This document shows positions 12,816 through 36,658 of a stretch of DNA of 64,000 nucleotides, piece by piece. Positions within the stretch are counted from its first letter, which is position 1; every line of letters starts with the position of its first letter. Under the pieces are notes generated by a model that saw only the letters and a list, made by a program, of their open reading frames with translations, was not told the origin of the DNA and searched no databases. This stretch comes from Paragordius varius (lineage: Eukaryota; Animalia; Nematomorpha), in contig OZ176056.1 in assembly GCA_964247055.1 (NCBI GenBank), positions 5,704,001 to 5,768,000 on the forward strand, in the 5' to 3' direction. The position numbers and the translations under genes are program-made.

Positions 12816-15544
12816 GTTATATTTATATATATAATATAATACTAAACATTTTTCTCACTCAGAATTATTGTGTTTTTTTACAAAAATTCACCAAAATTTG
12901 CAAAGCGAACAAACCTTTAAATTAAAATACTCAACCTAGAATAGTTCAACATCATCGAATTATTTAGAAAAAGGTTTTTAATTTATTTTAAAGCGTTATA
13001 CCGTTTCCACCTACTTCAAAATAGTTTGAAGTACGCTTCAACAAAATATCTCAGATTTGTTTATATAAAAAATAAGAAAACTAATAAAAATTAGAGTTTA
13101 GAATAAAAATTAAGAAATATCATATATCCTACTTTATGAGTATAAAAATAAAAAACTATTAAATTTTTAACACGAAAATAAGTTATTTCCAAAATATATG
13201 CCATATATAATAATATGTTACGGGAATACGTTCTATATAATTTTCTTTTTAACACTGCTCAACAAGGTTTTGCACCACCCATTTTTTTACATTTCCTGTT
13301 ACCTATTGGCATGGAAAGGCCAAAACAAAATTAGGCCGCCAATACGATTTTTTAAAAATTTTATTTTAAATTTTGTATTTAATTTTAAAAGACAATTATT
13401 CCTCGTGTACATATATTTAAATATTTAAGCGAGCTAGTCGATACGGTATTCCAAAGCCAGGTCTTTCATTATTTTAGAACGAAAATGCAAAAATGATCCA
13501 AATATACCAGCCCTAGTATACGAACCACAGGAGATTTTTTATTATCGAAGAATCTTGAGAAATTAGTAATGATCCATATAACAAAACTTTATAAATATGC
13601 AGTTCGATGTTTATATTAAATTATAAACTGCCCATAATCGTAGCTGAAAGTTCGTTATCTCTTTTGCACGAGAAATACCTCTTATCGACCGGGTTTGTTA
13701 TTCGACATAGAAATAGGCAATATATCATTTATTGAATAAATTAATTAAAAATTCTATGTATAAATTAAAAAACAATATGAAACTTTAGGAATATAGAAAT
13801 AAAATAAATTGCTAAGAGCTAAAGAGTATTAAAATTCAGAAATATTATGAATCTAAAAGGTCCAATATTTGATGTGTGGTATGATATCCCGGCGGCTTGC
13901 ACAAGCTCTGCGAAAATCCACCAAGCAATCCTATAATAATGAAATAATCGTAGACCCGGAGAGACCTGCAGATAATACAACGTAGTTAACTTCAGCAAAA
14001 TTGAGGGAAATCGACATGTCAAATTATCTAATTCACAGAATAGAGTTAGACAAATTTTACCATGAAATCGGATAAGACTAGATAAGTTCAAGTGTTCATA
14101 TTGTAGAACATAAAATTATGGTAGAATATCAATCATCCAGGTAATAAAAGTTGCTGCCCAACATACATCTAAAATTAAAATTATACCGCACCAATCATTT
14201 TCAAAATAATTAAACATTTACTAAGTATAAATAACAGGACTTTTTGTAGGAATCAACCGAAGAGAAATATCCTACTAAAAATAACCAAAACTAACAAAAC
14301 AAATATAGCCTATCTGAAAGCCGAATGTTTAAACAACAAAATGCCCCTTTTAGTATATTTTGAATATAAATTTATACGGGTTTAAAATTATTTAAAAAAC
14401 ACTAAATTTTAACATTTATACTCGTACTATTTTTTTATTGATATACATATTTATATACAAAAGATAGAGTATAAAACGCTTTATTAAATGATATTAATTT
14501 TATAATATAATTTTTATTATGTTATATTTAATTTTCTGCCTATTTTTTCTTGTTTTTGAAAAATTAAAAAACCTGTAATATCTCAAAATTTTGATTGGAG
14601 AGATCAATTTTTTTTAAATTCGGTCTTAGAACACTGAAATAAGTCAATATTCAAAATGGTGTTGTTCGAAAAAGTTGTCGACTAGTGTAAATATAACAAA
14701 AAATAAACTTTCTTAACCAGATCAAACATTTATTAAAATATCATAAATTAATTTTAAATTTTGAAAACTCTTTTTGCTGAACTGAGCGAAAGAGCCATTA
14801 GCTTAAAATTTACGATGGAGTCGGAGATTTATAGTTTCGCCACTGCGCGAAAGGCTTAAGCGGTTTGACCGATCCAAAACCCAATTTTATGTATAATTCG
14901 AGCAGAACAAATATTAACCTATTAAAAATAGGCCAATCTTAGTTTTTTACCGCAAAATAAACCATTTCTTGACAATTATGGGTAATTATTACAGAGGGCA
15001 AAAAAAATTTTTAAATAAATAAAAGCTAATAAATATATATTTATAAAAAATTAAATTTTTTGCAATTTCAAAAAGCAGTACAAAAGTGGGCGCAGTACAG
15101 GCGCAGTTTTTTTCTGATAACCCAGTACTGTACTGAAAAACAGCCTATCTAGTCACATTACCTAACCAGATATTTTGAAACACGCATTCCAATATTATTA
15201 TGCTTTGATGAGAATTTAATTTTTAAAAATGTTACTATGTTTTTTTTTGATACACACAAAAAAGAAATTAAAATAAAAGAAATGATAAAAAAAATATATT
15301 TTAATATGTTGCGGAAATAAAAATTTTATAAATGATTTTCAGTTAGATAATTATAATTTAAAGTAAACTTAAATCAACTGAAACTTAAATGTAACAATAA
15401 TTGAATCTATTTTATGTTAATTTTAAATTGAGGCTTTTTTCCCAGAAGGCCTGAGTGAAAGGACCTCTGAGATTCATAGTACCGCCATTATGTAAATGGC
15501 TGCATTCATAAGCGGTTTGACCGCAAACCTAATAACATTCATAA

Positions 15545-18384
15545 TGTGCAACAAAATTTGGGATCAATTTTCTGGATCTCATTTTTTCATATTTTCTGAT
15601 TCCTTATGGTATTGTGATCAGATTTAAAAATATTAACTTACCCAGGTGGTTTCCAAGATATGGGACTTTTTACGAATTTGGACATATCCAAAATTTTCTC
15701 GTTTTTAAATATTTTTGGCTAGGTAAACAAATAATATGTGGCTTATCTAAATATTTTTACTAGAGATCACCAATTTTTCTTTATAATGGAGAAAATTTTA
15801 CTCAAAATATCCAATACTTTTTGTTCTAGGGAGCAAAAACCCTCAAAAATTGGGTAACTTAACATTTTTTGACACAAATATTTTTTATCACTTATTAAAT
15901 AAAAACAAACATTTTATGTTCATGGATGTTAATAATGTTTGTTTAAATATAAATATCATTCTGTAATAGCTTTGTGGACTTTTATTTTTAAAAATAATTT
16001 TAATTTTTACACTTTTTTTACTATTTTTTTATGTAAAAAAAGCTAAATTTTACTCAGCTGTATGCCCTATATTCTTTATTTCTGATATTTTTAATTTACA
16101 TTATATGTGTTCAGCAATACTAAATTTTCTGCCTAATCCTTACAAAGTTATTTTTTTATTTATAACTTTAGGACTAGCGGGTAAAGTATTATAAATCTAG
16201 GCTTAGAGGGGCGTATGTGGACCGTTCTGGTAGGAATAATTACCATGACCAAGTACCCAATCGCAACAATTTACATCTGACGTCACCTAGTCGCATACAA
16301 TTGTGCAGAATAAATATATAGGAATATGCCATATCTTATGATAAATGTTTTAAAAAAATTCATATAATACCATCAATAAATATTTTTATCCTATATTTAT
16401 TTTATTTGACTAAGCCTTATGCTTTTTCTATAGCAAAAATGAGAATTTATTATTACATTACATGTTATCACTCTTGAGAGCGGTCATGTTATACAATCTT
16501 GCCATCGTACTCTATTTATGCACGTCCTCGTTTCCCTTCAACTATATGATCTATTGTTTTTGCAATATAATTAGAATCTCTCCTTTCAATTTGCCCAAAC
16601 CAACGTAGCCTATTTTTTGACATTCTTTCCATTATTGGTTTAATATCTGTGCTCCCACGAATAAATCTATTCTTAATTCTGTCCTTTCTTGTTACCCCAC
16701 ACATCATGCTAAGCATTTTCATTTCAGTTACGTTGAAATGTCTTTCTTCGGATTTTTTGACACCCCATGTCTGTGAATAATACATCATTGTGGGTTGAAC
16801 AACTGAACAGTATATCTAACCTTTCACTCTAACATCAATATTTCGATCACTAAAGCCGCTTGAACTTTTCCAATTTATCCAATTGCTCTTTGTTTTTAAA
16901 TTAATATCATCGGTCAACGATCCATCTGAACTTAATATAGCCCCAAAATATTTGCAACTTTCTTTATCCTTCAGAACCCTACTATCATCAACTTCCATTT
17001 CATGTTGTGAACCCCCAAAAGTAATAAGTCTGATTTTTGCTTTGTTTACTTTCAGAGCATATTGATTTAGTATAATAACCCATCTGTTTACCGTTCGCTT
17101 TAACTCAGCCAATGATTCAGACAAGATTATGTCATCTGCATACATTAAGTACCAACCTGACCTTACATTAACGACCTTAACTATTCTAGTCCATGCAAAT
17201 TATTAACAATAAGGACTTAAGTGATGAGCCTTGGTAGACTCCATGCTTTATTCAAAAGGGCTCTGATAAACTTTGTGGAGTTTTCCTGGAGGTGTGGAAT
17301 TCGTACATATTTTGTAACAACTTAATAACTTTCTGGCACCTTTTTACGACGGAGACTCTATTAAATAGTTTCTCTAAGAATCCTGTCAAACGCCTTCTCT
17401 ATGTCAATTAAAACCCCGTGTAACTCTTTCAATGAGAATAATATATTGAATTATATGCAAATCCTCATTTAATGCTTCAATTATTTAGAGTGAATATTAA
17501 ATAAAGTGTATATTTTGGTCAGTAGATTTAACACGCATAATTTATCTTGATGTTGAATGAAAGTAAATTAGTTGTAATTCATAGAGAAAATGAAATAATA
17601 ATTTATTTATTCATATATAATATATATATATATATATATAATCGCAAATTAAATTTATATTATTTCGATAAGCTTAATGATGTCGATTTCGCCTCTTTGA
17701 TCTGTGATGGCGTCTTTGGGAAACACACACAGATGGGAGTCCACCATATGTAGCTTTAGATGCGGCATCCTATATTTTTGGATAAAAAAGAGTATAAATG
17801 TTTAAATAACATCTGTAATAACATACATACCCATCCTATAGAAAGAGTCGATTAAACAATTGCCTAATTCCAGGTAATATTTTTTATATTTCCAAAAATT
17901 TAAGAAAAAGTTCGCAATGCAACCTATTCCGCTTTTTCTTTGGGTTGCATTTTAGATTCAAACACCACATCGTTCAAAAGCGTAACCTAAAATTAAATGC
18001 ATAATATCTGCGTCCCTAACAAAACTGCGGTTTTTATAAAAAATGCCTGGCTTATTGTGGCACCATGTTCCTAAACTAATGCTACATGTCCGAGATACGG
18101 TGTTCTGGGCACAAATCTAGGTTCCCCATAATATAAAAAAAATAGTTTTTTATGTAAACGGTAATGTTCATCCTATTAGTTTTTTTGTGTTTGTCAACAT
18201 ATATGGCAAACAATATTTTTATCCATCGGGCTTCCTAGAAAATTTTGGATATGTCTAAATATGGAAAAAGTCCCATATCTTGGAAATGACCTGGGTAAGT
18301 AAAATTTTTTTCACAAATCTGATCACAATACCATAAGGAATCAGAAAATAAAAAAAAATTAGATCTAGAAAAAGTTGTGTCACA
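15545..18384. mobile_element. Element with ~150-bp terminal inverted repeats, interrupted by a LINE
   Basis: 15555-15700 is the reverse complement of 18233-18380 (e.g. TCTGATTCCTTATGGTATTGTGATCAGATTT / AAATCTGATCACAATACCATAAGGAATCAGA). No TSD found. Confidence 0.65.
16448..17480 (-). mobile_element. 5'-truncated, decayed RTE-clade LINE (reverse transcriptase and 3' end)
   Basis: Motifs IDIEKAFDRI, MYADDIIL, CKYFG, YYSQTW, NRLRWFGQIERR and GKRGR occur in order, with stops and frameshifts. Confidence 0.9.
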
Positions 18385-19730
18385 GTCTTATAGTCTTAGG
18401 TCCTAATTATTTTGCCCTTAATGATCTTTAACGATCATAATTAGATAAGTTAATTCAATAATTGTATGAAATTAATTAGCAAATATGTATGAGAAAAGAA
18501 ATAGAAGGAAAAATCAGCCTTAAAAATGCGGTTTAAAATTCATGTCATTATAATTCCAAAACACTAAACTAAACGCAAATTTCAGTGAGGAATTTAAAGG
18601 CGTTAAATATAATTCAATGTTAAGGGTACATGCAAAATCAACAACATTATCAAAGATCCAAAATTTTAATAAATTACGGGGTTGTAACATTAATTAAACT
18701 TTAAAAATTAAAATCTATTAAAATTCATTTGGCGAGCACTTGTAAAAAAGGTGTGAATTGAATGTTTTTCCAAAATGTACAACTAACCTATGATGTAGTT
18801 TACCAAACCACCACGGGGAGACAGCTCTAGGATTTTGTTGGCCTAAAGTGGGGAATGGACTAATAATCTTAACCAATAATAATGAGCCCGATGAGTCAAT
18901 GCAGAGAGATTCCTAACCAATAGTTATCTATACTATAGGCTATAGTAATGTAATCAGATAAAGGCTCTAGTTTTTTGTAAAAAAACTGCGTTTGCATCGC
19001 ACTGACATTTGTATGGGTTTTGGAAATAAAATTTTATTTAATTTTTTTTATAAATATATATTAAATATCTTTTATTTATACAAATAAATTTATACAAATA
19101 AATTATTTCAAAATTTGATTGAATATCCTCCGTTAAAATAACCCCAATTTGTAAAACAAGGTTAATTCTGTGTTAAAAAACTAAGATTGGCCATATTAAA
19201 TTAGTTAATATTTTTTTTCTGCGAGAATACGGTGTGGTCGAGACTAGAGTTTGGGATACTTGATACATTAATAAATAAACAACTTCCCTATTTGAATACG
19301 ATGGGCCTATACAATTTAGGAATTGCTTTATCTGCAATATTTATTATAAAGAATTTTTATGGAATAAATTGATTGGGTTCAAATTCTCAGATTTTTTATT
19401 GAAAACAATTCTTTGTCAACTACATTTTTTAGGAGAATGGGTCTAAACTGATGGGTTTTAATTAGGCCCCTGCGCATTTGGAAAACTAAAAGAAATTTAT
19501 TTAGCCAAAAAGCGTCCAGGTTTTGCTGTATATGAATTCGAAACCAATCTGTATTTAACGCCCATCTCAGGGTGATGGTAACAATGCGCTAATAGAAAAA
19601 TGACTCTATAACCCTAGCCGCTTTTAAAACAAAATAAAACTAATTATATTTGAATTAACTTAAATTTAGTCTGAGGTATTTAGATACTCCAATTTGAATC
19701 GAAGTGTTAATTGTTTGTATTTGATTTTAA

Positions 19731-20295
19731 CACTTCGATTCAAATTGGTATATCTAAATACCCCAGACTAAATTTGAGTTAGGAATTTTAAAAAACTACT
19801 GATGGAAACGGTCCCAATTTTTTATGCTTCTATCCTAATAATTATATAAATATGCCAAAATATCTAAATAAAATTTTGTTTTGAAAAAAAATTTCCATGT
19901 CAAACTACTTCACCGCCATTTTTATTTTACAAAATTTTCGAAAAATATTGTCTTCAATTAATTTTAAGGGTAAAATTAAAGCTAAATTTTTAAAATTACA
20001 TCTAACATTGATAGAAATAGAAAAAGCGGTTAATTTTGCATAATTAAATTTTACCGCTGCGCACATGTCACGTTGACTAAATTTTTATCTTTCGGTTTTA
20101 GCTTAAAATAGGTATTATCAATTATTTTTCAATTTTTTACATATTTCGGTTTATTAATGTTTTATAAGTTCAAAATTTTTTCATGGTTTTGATTCCTTCC
20201 ATATTTTTAAAACAATTTAAGCTTAAATAGGCCTGGAGTATTTAACTACCCCAATTTGAATCGAAGGACTAAAATGAATGTGTTGTATCCAACTG
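19731..20295 (-). mobile_element. TTAA-flanked MITE family A, copy 2, ending 39 nt upstream of the DDX41 ATG
   Basis: TTAA|CACTTCGATTC ... GTATCCAACTG|TTAA, the reverse complement of copies 1 and 3. An additional lone end at ~19663-19710 forms an inverted pair with it. Confidence 0.85.
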
Positions 20296-20334
20296 TTAAT
20301 AATATTCGTTGTTGTACCTCACATTGTTAGACTC

Positions 20335-31505
<11,171 letters not shown>

Positions 31506-31527
31506 ATTTTTATTACTATTTATATTA

Positions 31528-31787
31528 CAGTATTAAAGTTGAAATTTTGCCGACAAAACGTAAAAGTATAAAGACAAATATGGTTTCTAGATACTTTTCA
31601 ACCTTACTTTGTCCCATAAAAGTATCTAAAATATAACCAATATCCATCTATATTTCCATACTTTGGAATTTTTTATCAATGATTTATATTAAAAAGGATC
31701 AAGATTATAAAAGTATGGTTGTCATTTAGAAAAAAATATCTGTCTTTATATTTTTACGTTTTGTCCATATAATTTTCATTTTTACTG
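31528..31787. mobile_element. TA-flanked MITE family G (~70-bp TIR starting CAGTA) 22 nt after the DDX41 stop codon
   Basis: TA|CAGTATTAAAGTTGAAATT...ATTTTTACTG|TA; related copies at ~33960-34225, 36014-36288 and ~53750-54010. Confidence 0.75.
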
Positions 31788-32077
31788 TATCAAAATCGAG
31801 ATTTTTATGTAAAACTAGATATGTTTACGAAATAAATAAATTAATTTTGTATTAATATGATTTGTATTATATAAACATATAAGAAAATATGTGTTAACCC
31901 ACTAAAAAAATTCTTTTTTTTTGTTGATATATTCGCCTAAATATATAATTAATCAAAATATAAACTATTTTCGAATCCTTTTCGCTCATACTGGCAAAAA
32001 TTTATTTATTAACCTTATCAATTACAAATTATTTATCACTATATAATGTATCATTTAAACATATTTAACTAACGACA

Positions 32078-32311
32078 TCAATTGCCCCTGAAAGGACAAC
32101 TCTCTATTTTTTTCTTGAAATTAATTTTGGGTGGAGTAAAAATGTCCCTTCCTTCCATATTAAAAAGATTGACTTGATAATTGGATGCATTTGGTTCATT
32201 GTAGGTACAATTAATTTTTTCAACAAATATGGCATTATGAGTAAACAATCGAACTTCCCTGCGATTCCATACATACAGCTCTAACTTTGAATTTGTTTGA
32301 ATCAATTTAAA
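32078..32311 (-). CDS. Putative terminal exon (Z1) of an unrecognised, probably extracellular protein
   Basis: AG|TTT phase-0 acceptor. FKLIQTNSKLELYVWN...FVEKINCTYNEPNASNYQVNLFNMEG...TPPKINFKKKIESCPFRGN* aligns without gaps at 37/70 identity to 61519-61737. Confidence 0.7.
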   Translation of the reverse strand, partial: FKLIQTNSKLELYVWNRREVRLFTHNAIFVEKINCTYNEPNASNYQVNLFNMEGRDIFTPPKINFKKKIESCPFRGN

Positions 32312-32671
32312 CTAAAAATGTTATAATGTAAAAAATATCATCATTTTCAGATAAATTAATATATATTTTTTATTTTTGAATGCGAATAGTTATTATGAAT
32401 CCATACGTGAACAGTAACCTCTTATAGATATAACCAAATTTTTAAATAAAAGCTTACTACGTGATAAAATAATTAAATTAAGAAAACCTCAAATTAAATT
32501 GTGGTAATTATAAAATTATATTCTCACATATTTTTTATTTAATTTCCATTTATGTAAAAACTAATAATATAGGAATCAAAATAATCTTTATATGTGGATT
32601 ATTTCGAAACATTATTATAAATATGATTTTATAGGAATTTTAAACGATTCATACTAATATAATGTTTACTT

Positions 32672-33535
32672 GGGGGAAAAATAGATTTAAAAAATTATTT
32701 TTGTGGACTTCGTTTTTGAAAAAAATGGTATTTTACGGGGGGAGCGTGTAAAAAGAGGGCCTAAATCAAGAAAAGTGAGTCAACTATGTTCGGCGCGATC
32801 AAAAATAAGTAAACAAAAATCATATTTGTAATTCAATGGTCCAACACGTTCTCCGGAAAATTGTCTCAACCCGTTTTTCACACGGGGTGGGCCCCAACTG
32901 GGGGCCTATTTCAAAAAAAGGGCGAAGCTATTGTCGGGGCATTCATTAATGATTATATTTTTTCGATATTTGGATTTGATTGGGTTCACCGGTTTTTTCG
33001 GAAACAGATCACAAAGTTACATGATGAATCAGTTTTTAGCGGGTAGCTCCTTACCCAGCAGCTATCATCAAAGAAACGCTTGACTAAAATTTTTGCCTTT
33101 TAACAGGGAATACGTGGAATCCATATAGAATATTTACGGTCTCATACCTAGGGCGAAAAATAGATTTAAAAAATTATTTTTGTGGTCTTTGTTTTTTGAA
33201 AAAAATGGCATTTTACGGGGGGAGCGGGTAAGGGCCTAAATTAAAAAAGCGAGAGGATTATGTTCGGCGCAATCGAAAATAAGTAAACAAAAATCATATT
33301 TGAAATTGAATGGACCAACGCGTTCTCCGGAAAATTGTCTCAAAGAACGATTTTTGTAGATTTCCCAAAAACCCGTTTTTCACACGGGATGGGCCCGAAC
33401 TGGGGGCCTATTTCAAAAAACGGGCGAAGCTATTGTCGGGGCATTCATTAATAATTATATTTTTTTGAAGTTTGGATTGAATGGGTCTACCGGTTTTCCG
33501 GTACCAGATCACAAAGCCAGCATTTTCCATTTTTA
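32672..33535. repeat. Repeat family B, two tandem copies of the terminal ~450-bp unit
   Basis: 32672-33040 and 33151-33535 are direct copies of each other and match the reverse complement of 5784-6200. Confidence 0.8.
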
Positions 33536-34769
33536 TAAATATATAGATTATTCTAAAATGCATTTTTTTATTTGTTAATAATATATTCATACGTTTGCTA
33601 AATTAATTCTTGTATTTTCATTCACGTATGGGATCCTTAAATTTTAGCATTTGATTTTAATTTCTTAATGCCGTCTAGAACTTCAATCCGAAAATCTTTC
33701 GCCTACTTTTTCTCGGCTATATTTTTCTTATTTATTCCGCAAATTAGCTTAAAAAAGTTTGTGATTAGTAGATATTTAATATAATTAACGATATGGAACA
33801 AACTTTACATTGATATCAATATTTTGAATAAATACATCTCAACACAATTAATTACTGGTGTAAATTTATGGATACCTAAACTCTAATGCCCAATTGTATA
33901 TAATCAATATATGCTGCAATCATATATAATGCAAGCTTATTTATTAACAATGACAATATATTTTAAATTGAAACTATACGGACTAAACGTAAAAATATTA
34001 GGACAATTTTTTTTTCAAAAGACAATCATTTTCCTTAAAATATCCTATAAAGATAATTTAAATACAATGGTTAATTTTATAATTGATTGTGTTAATTTAC
34101 ATATCTATCTTAAACAATTAAAAACAATTAGTTATGAAAAACAACGATTTAAAAAGTATGGTAATATCTTACAAAATATTTGTCCTTATAATTTTACGTT
34201 TTGTCCGCATAGTTTTATTTTTAAATAAATCCAATTTACCTGTTGATCATTTTCCAAATCATAAGCAATGTTTGTTCCTGCGCCTGATCGAAGAACGATT
34301 TGACATTTCCCAGTATATAGGGGGTATGTTATGTTTACAACAAACTGTTTTATTAAGTAAACAGAATCAATTTATCATGACTTTAATAATTATTATGATT
34401 TTATATTAAGAGAGCAGATTTTAGAAAGTATATCAACAGTCTCTAAACTAGAACGTGGAAATGGTTTTTGATAAAAGTAACAGTTCTGATATTGTAAAGA
34501 CTTATTGAGTTATATATTAAAAAAATTGGCCAGTGTGGTATCAAAAATTAGATTTTTAATATAAAGCGTACATTTTGTGTTGCAGCCCGCTGGATTTTAT
34601 GAATCGAAAATGCGGCTCGTGAATTCATTGTGTGGGGGTAAGATAATCGTTTCTTTATGGTGGTATTTTTAAACATTTTTAGGTATATTAAGCTTACAGC
34701 TATTTTAATACTAAGTCCAATAAACAGATTAGTAATATAAACCTAAACCTATATATATGGATTTAATTA

Positions 34770-35650
34770 GTTTGATTAAGTGATCGGCCTATTTGTTTAA
34801 GGGCTTTCCAGAGAATGTTATGTTGAACGGTATCGAAGGCTTTAGAGAAATCCATGAATAATAAGACTAGCTCATTTTGGAGGAATAAAAGTGGGGGGTC
34901 ACACTCTGGCGACCCTCCACAACGCAGACGACACGGTAATCTTAGCCAATTCACAAACAAGCCTTGAAAACACTCTCCGAACTTTTAAATATGTGTGAAA
35001 AAAATACAATCTAACATTAAACCTTAACAAAATCAAAACACGCTTCGGATTAATAACGAAACAATATAAGTAGTTAACGAATACACATACCTTGGAAGGA
35101 TTATCAACAATTCAAGCTCCAGTTCCCAAAAAATAAAACGACGCATAGCCATTGCCTAAGGCGCTCTAGCCTCACACTACAAGATATGGAAATCTCATGA
35201 CATAAATCTGAAAACAAAAATCCGACCAATAAGCACATTAATTCCTATCATATTATACGGATGTCAAAGCTGGACAATTTGAAGCGAAGAAAGAATAAAC
35301 GCTTTTGAAATGTTTTGCTGGAGAAAAGTACTTGGTCTAACATGGAAGGACAAAATAATGTACATCGACATCGTAGACAAAATCAACGCACAAACACTGC
35401 TACGAGGAAAAATAATCAATCAAAATTCGATTACTTTGGATAGACATTTCGAGGACATTTGGAAAAGGTTATTATGTTAGGGAAAGTAAATAACAATAAA
35501 GGAAAAGGACGAAGACGTGTTCGTTGGATAGATAAAATCTTATCACTTTCCAAAATGTCACAGCAAAAAAGCCTACGACAGAACCGAGTGGAAGAAGTTT
35601 CCTAATAAAATGCAAATGGTTGATAACCCACTACAAGCTTAACAACAACA
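34770..35650 (+). mobile_element. 5'-truncated RTE LINE (+, 34880-35650) preceded by an inverted RT segment (-, ~34770-34875)
   Basis: + strand: GIKVGG..NADDTVILA, EYTYLG, KRRIAIA, LYGCQSW, AFEMFCWRK and an (AAC)n tail. - strand: LFMDFSKAFDTVQHNILWKALKQIG. Confidence 0.85.
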
Positions 35651-35804
35651 TAATGTATAAAGTATATTTTATATAAAATATTTAAAAGTATATGTTAAAT
35701 CCTAATAATATAAAATGTACAGATGGCCTTTAATATAGAATATTCATTCGAGCATTCCTATGTATATTTTAATCATTCTTTTATATAAATCAACAAAAAT
35801 TTAC

Positions 35805-36000
35805 ATATGTATCCTCAGAAATGATGAGGGGCTCTTGATTAGTGGTGAAGATATCTATTCTACTAGCCATTGCATCTGAAAAAAATGTATAAATATGTCC
35901 TCTATCGGTAGAAGTAAGGTTAATTCTTGAAGGGATAAGCCACCAAATAGTAGGTGCTCCTATAACATAGGGATGTTCTTCTACCTGAATTAATTGATTT
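35805..36000 (-). CDS. Putative internal exon (Y1) of the unrecognised - strand family
   Basis: Flanked by AG| and |GTAAAT, phase 2 to phase 0, 65 open codons NQLIQVEEHPYVIGAPTIWWL...ISEDTY. It joins in frame to Z1 and shares phases and the IWW motif with 51550-51724. Confidence 0.6.
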
Positions 36001-36013
36001 CTATAATACAGTT

Positions 36014-36288
36014 CAGTAAAATTGTGAAAATATACTGACAAAACGTAATAATAAAAACAAATATTTTTATCAAAAGACAATCATACTTTTTTACATCTTA
36101 ATTTTTGACATGTAAATTATTTAATTACAATTTTTTACCAATATACACCTCTGCATCATACTTTTCCCAATCCTAACCAATGATTTATTTATATTAAAAA
36201 AAGAATTAAAAAGTATGAGTTGTCTTTTATAAATTAATATTTGTCTTTATATTTGAACGTTTTGTTCGTATAATTTCAATTTTTACTG
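36014..36288. mobile_element. MITE family G copy
   Basis: CAGTAAAATT...CAATTTTTACTG|TA with the same TIR as 31528-31787. Confidence 0.7.
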
Positions 36289-36658
36289 TATGATTTTTTA
36301 TGTTAATATGGCGTATACATTAACCCCTTTGATTCATAGCACAAAATTAAAGCTAATATTATCTCTATAAGTTATAATTTCCTCGAAACCAGCTCCTAAA
36401 ATTTATTAGTGCCCATCAACTAATGAGCTTGTATTAATTGTCATGCACGTTCCAAATTCCTTAAAGTATTTTTTTTATTTCGAGTCGTTGATGATTTCCC
36501 ACATATTTTTTGCCTATTTTTTAAAAATAATGAAATTAAATTAATTTATGTGAATATTTGTTATTTATATATAGAATGATTTATCCATAGTGGTTTTTTA
36601 TAAACCCTAGGAAAAGTTTTATAAACGTGGTTATTTGCACTAGCTAATATTGCTTGTA

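Noticed and set aside
15445-15465. Hammerhead ribozyme core (CTGAGTGAAAG)
   Set aside because: There is no stem II between CUGANGA and GAAA and no supporting stems I and III.
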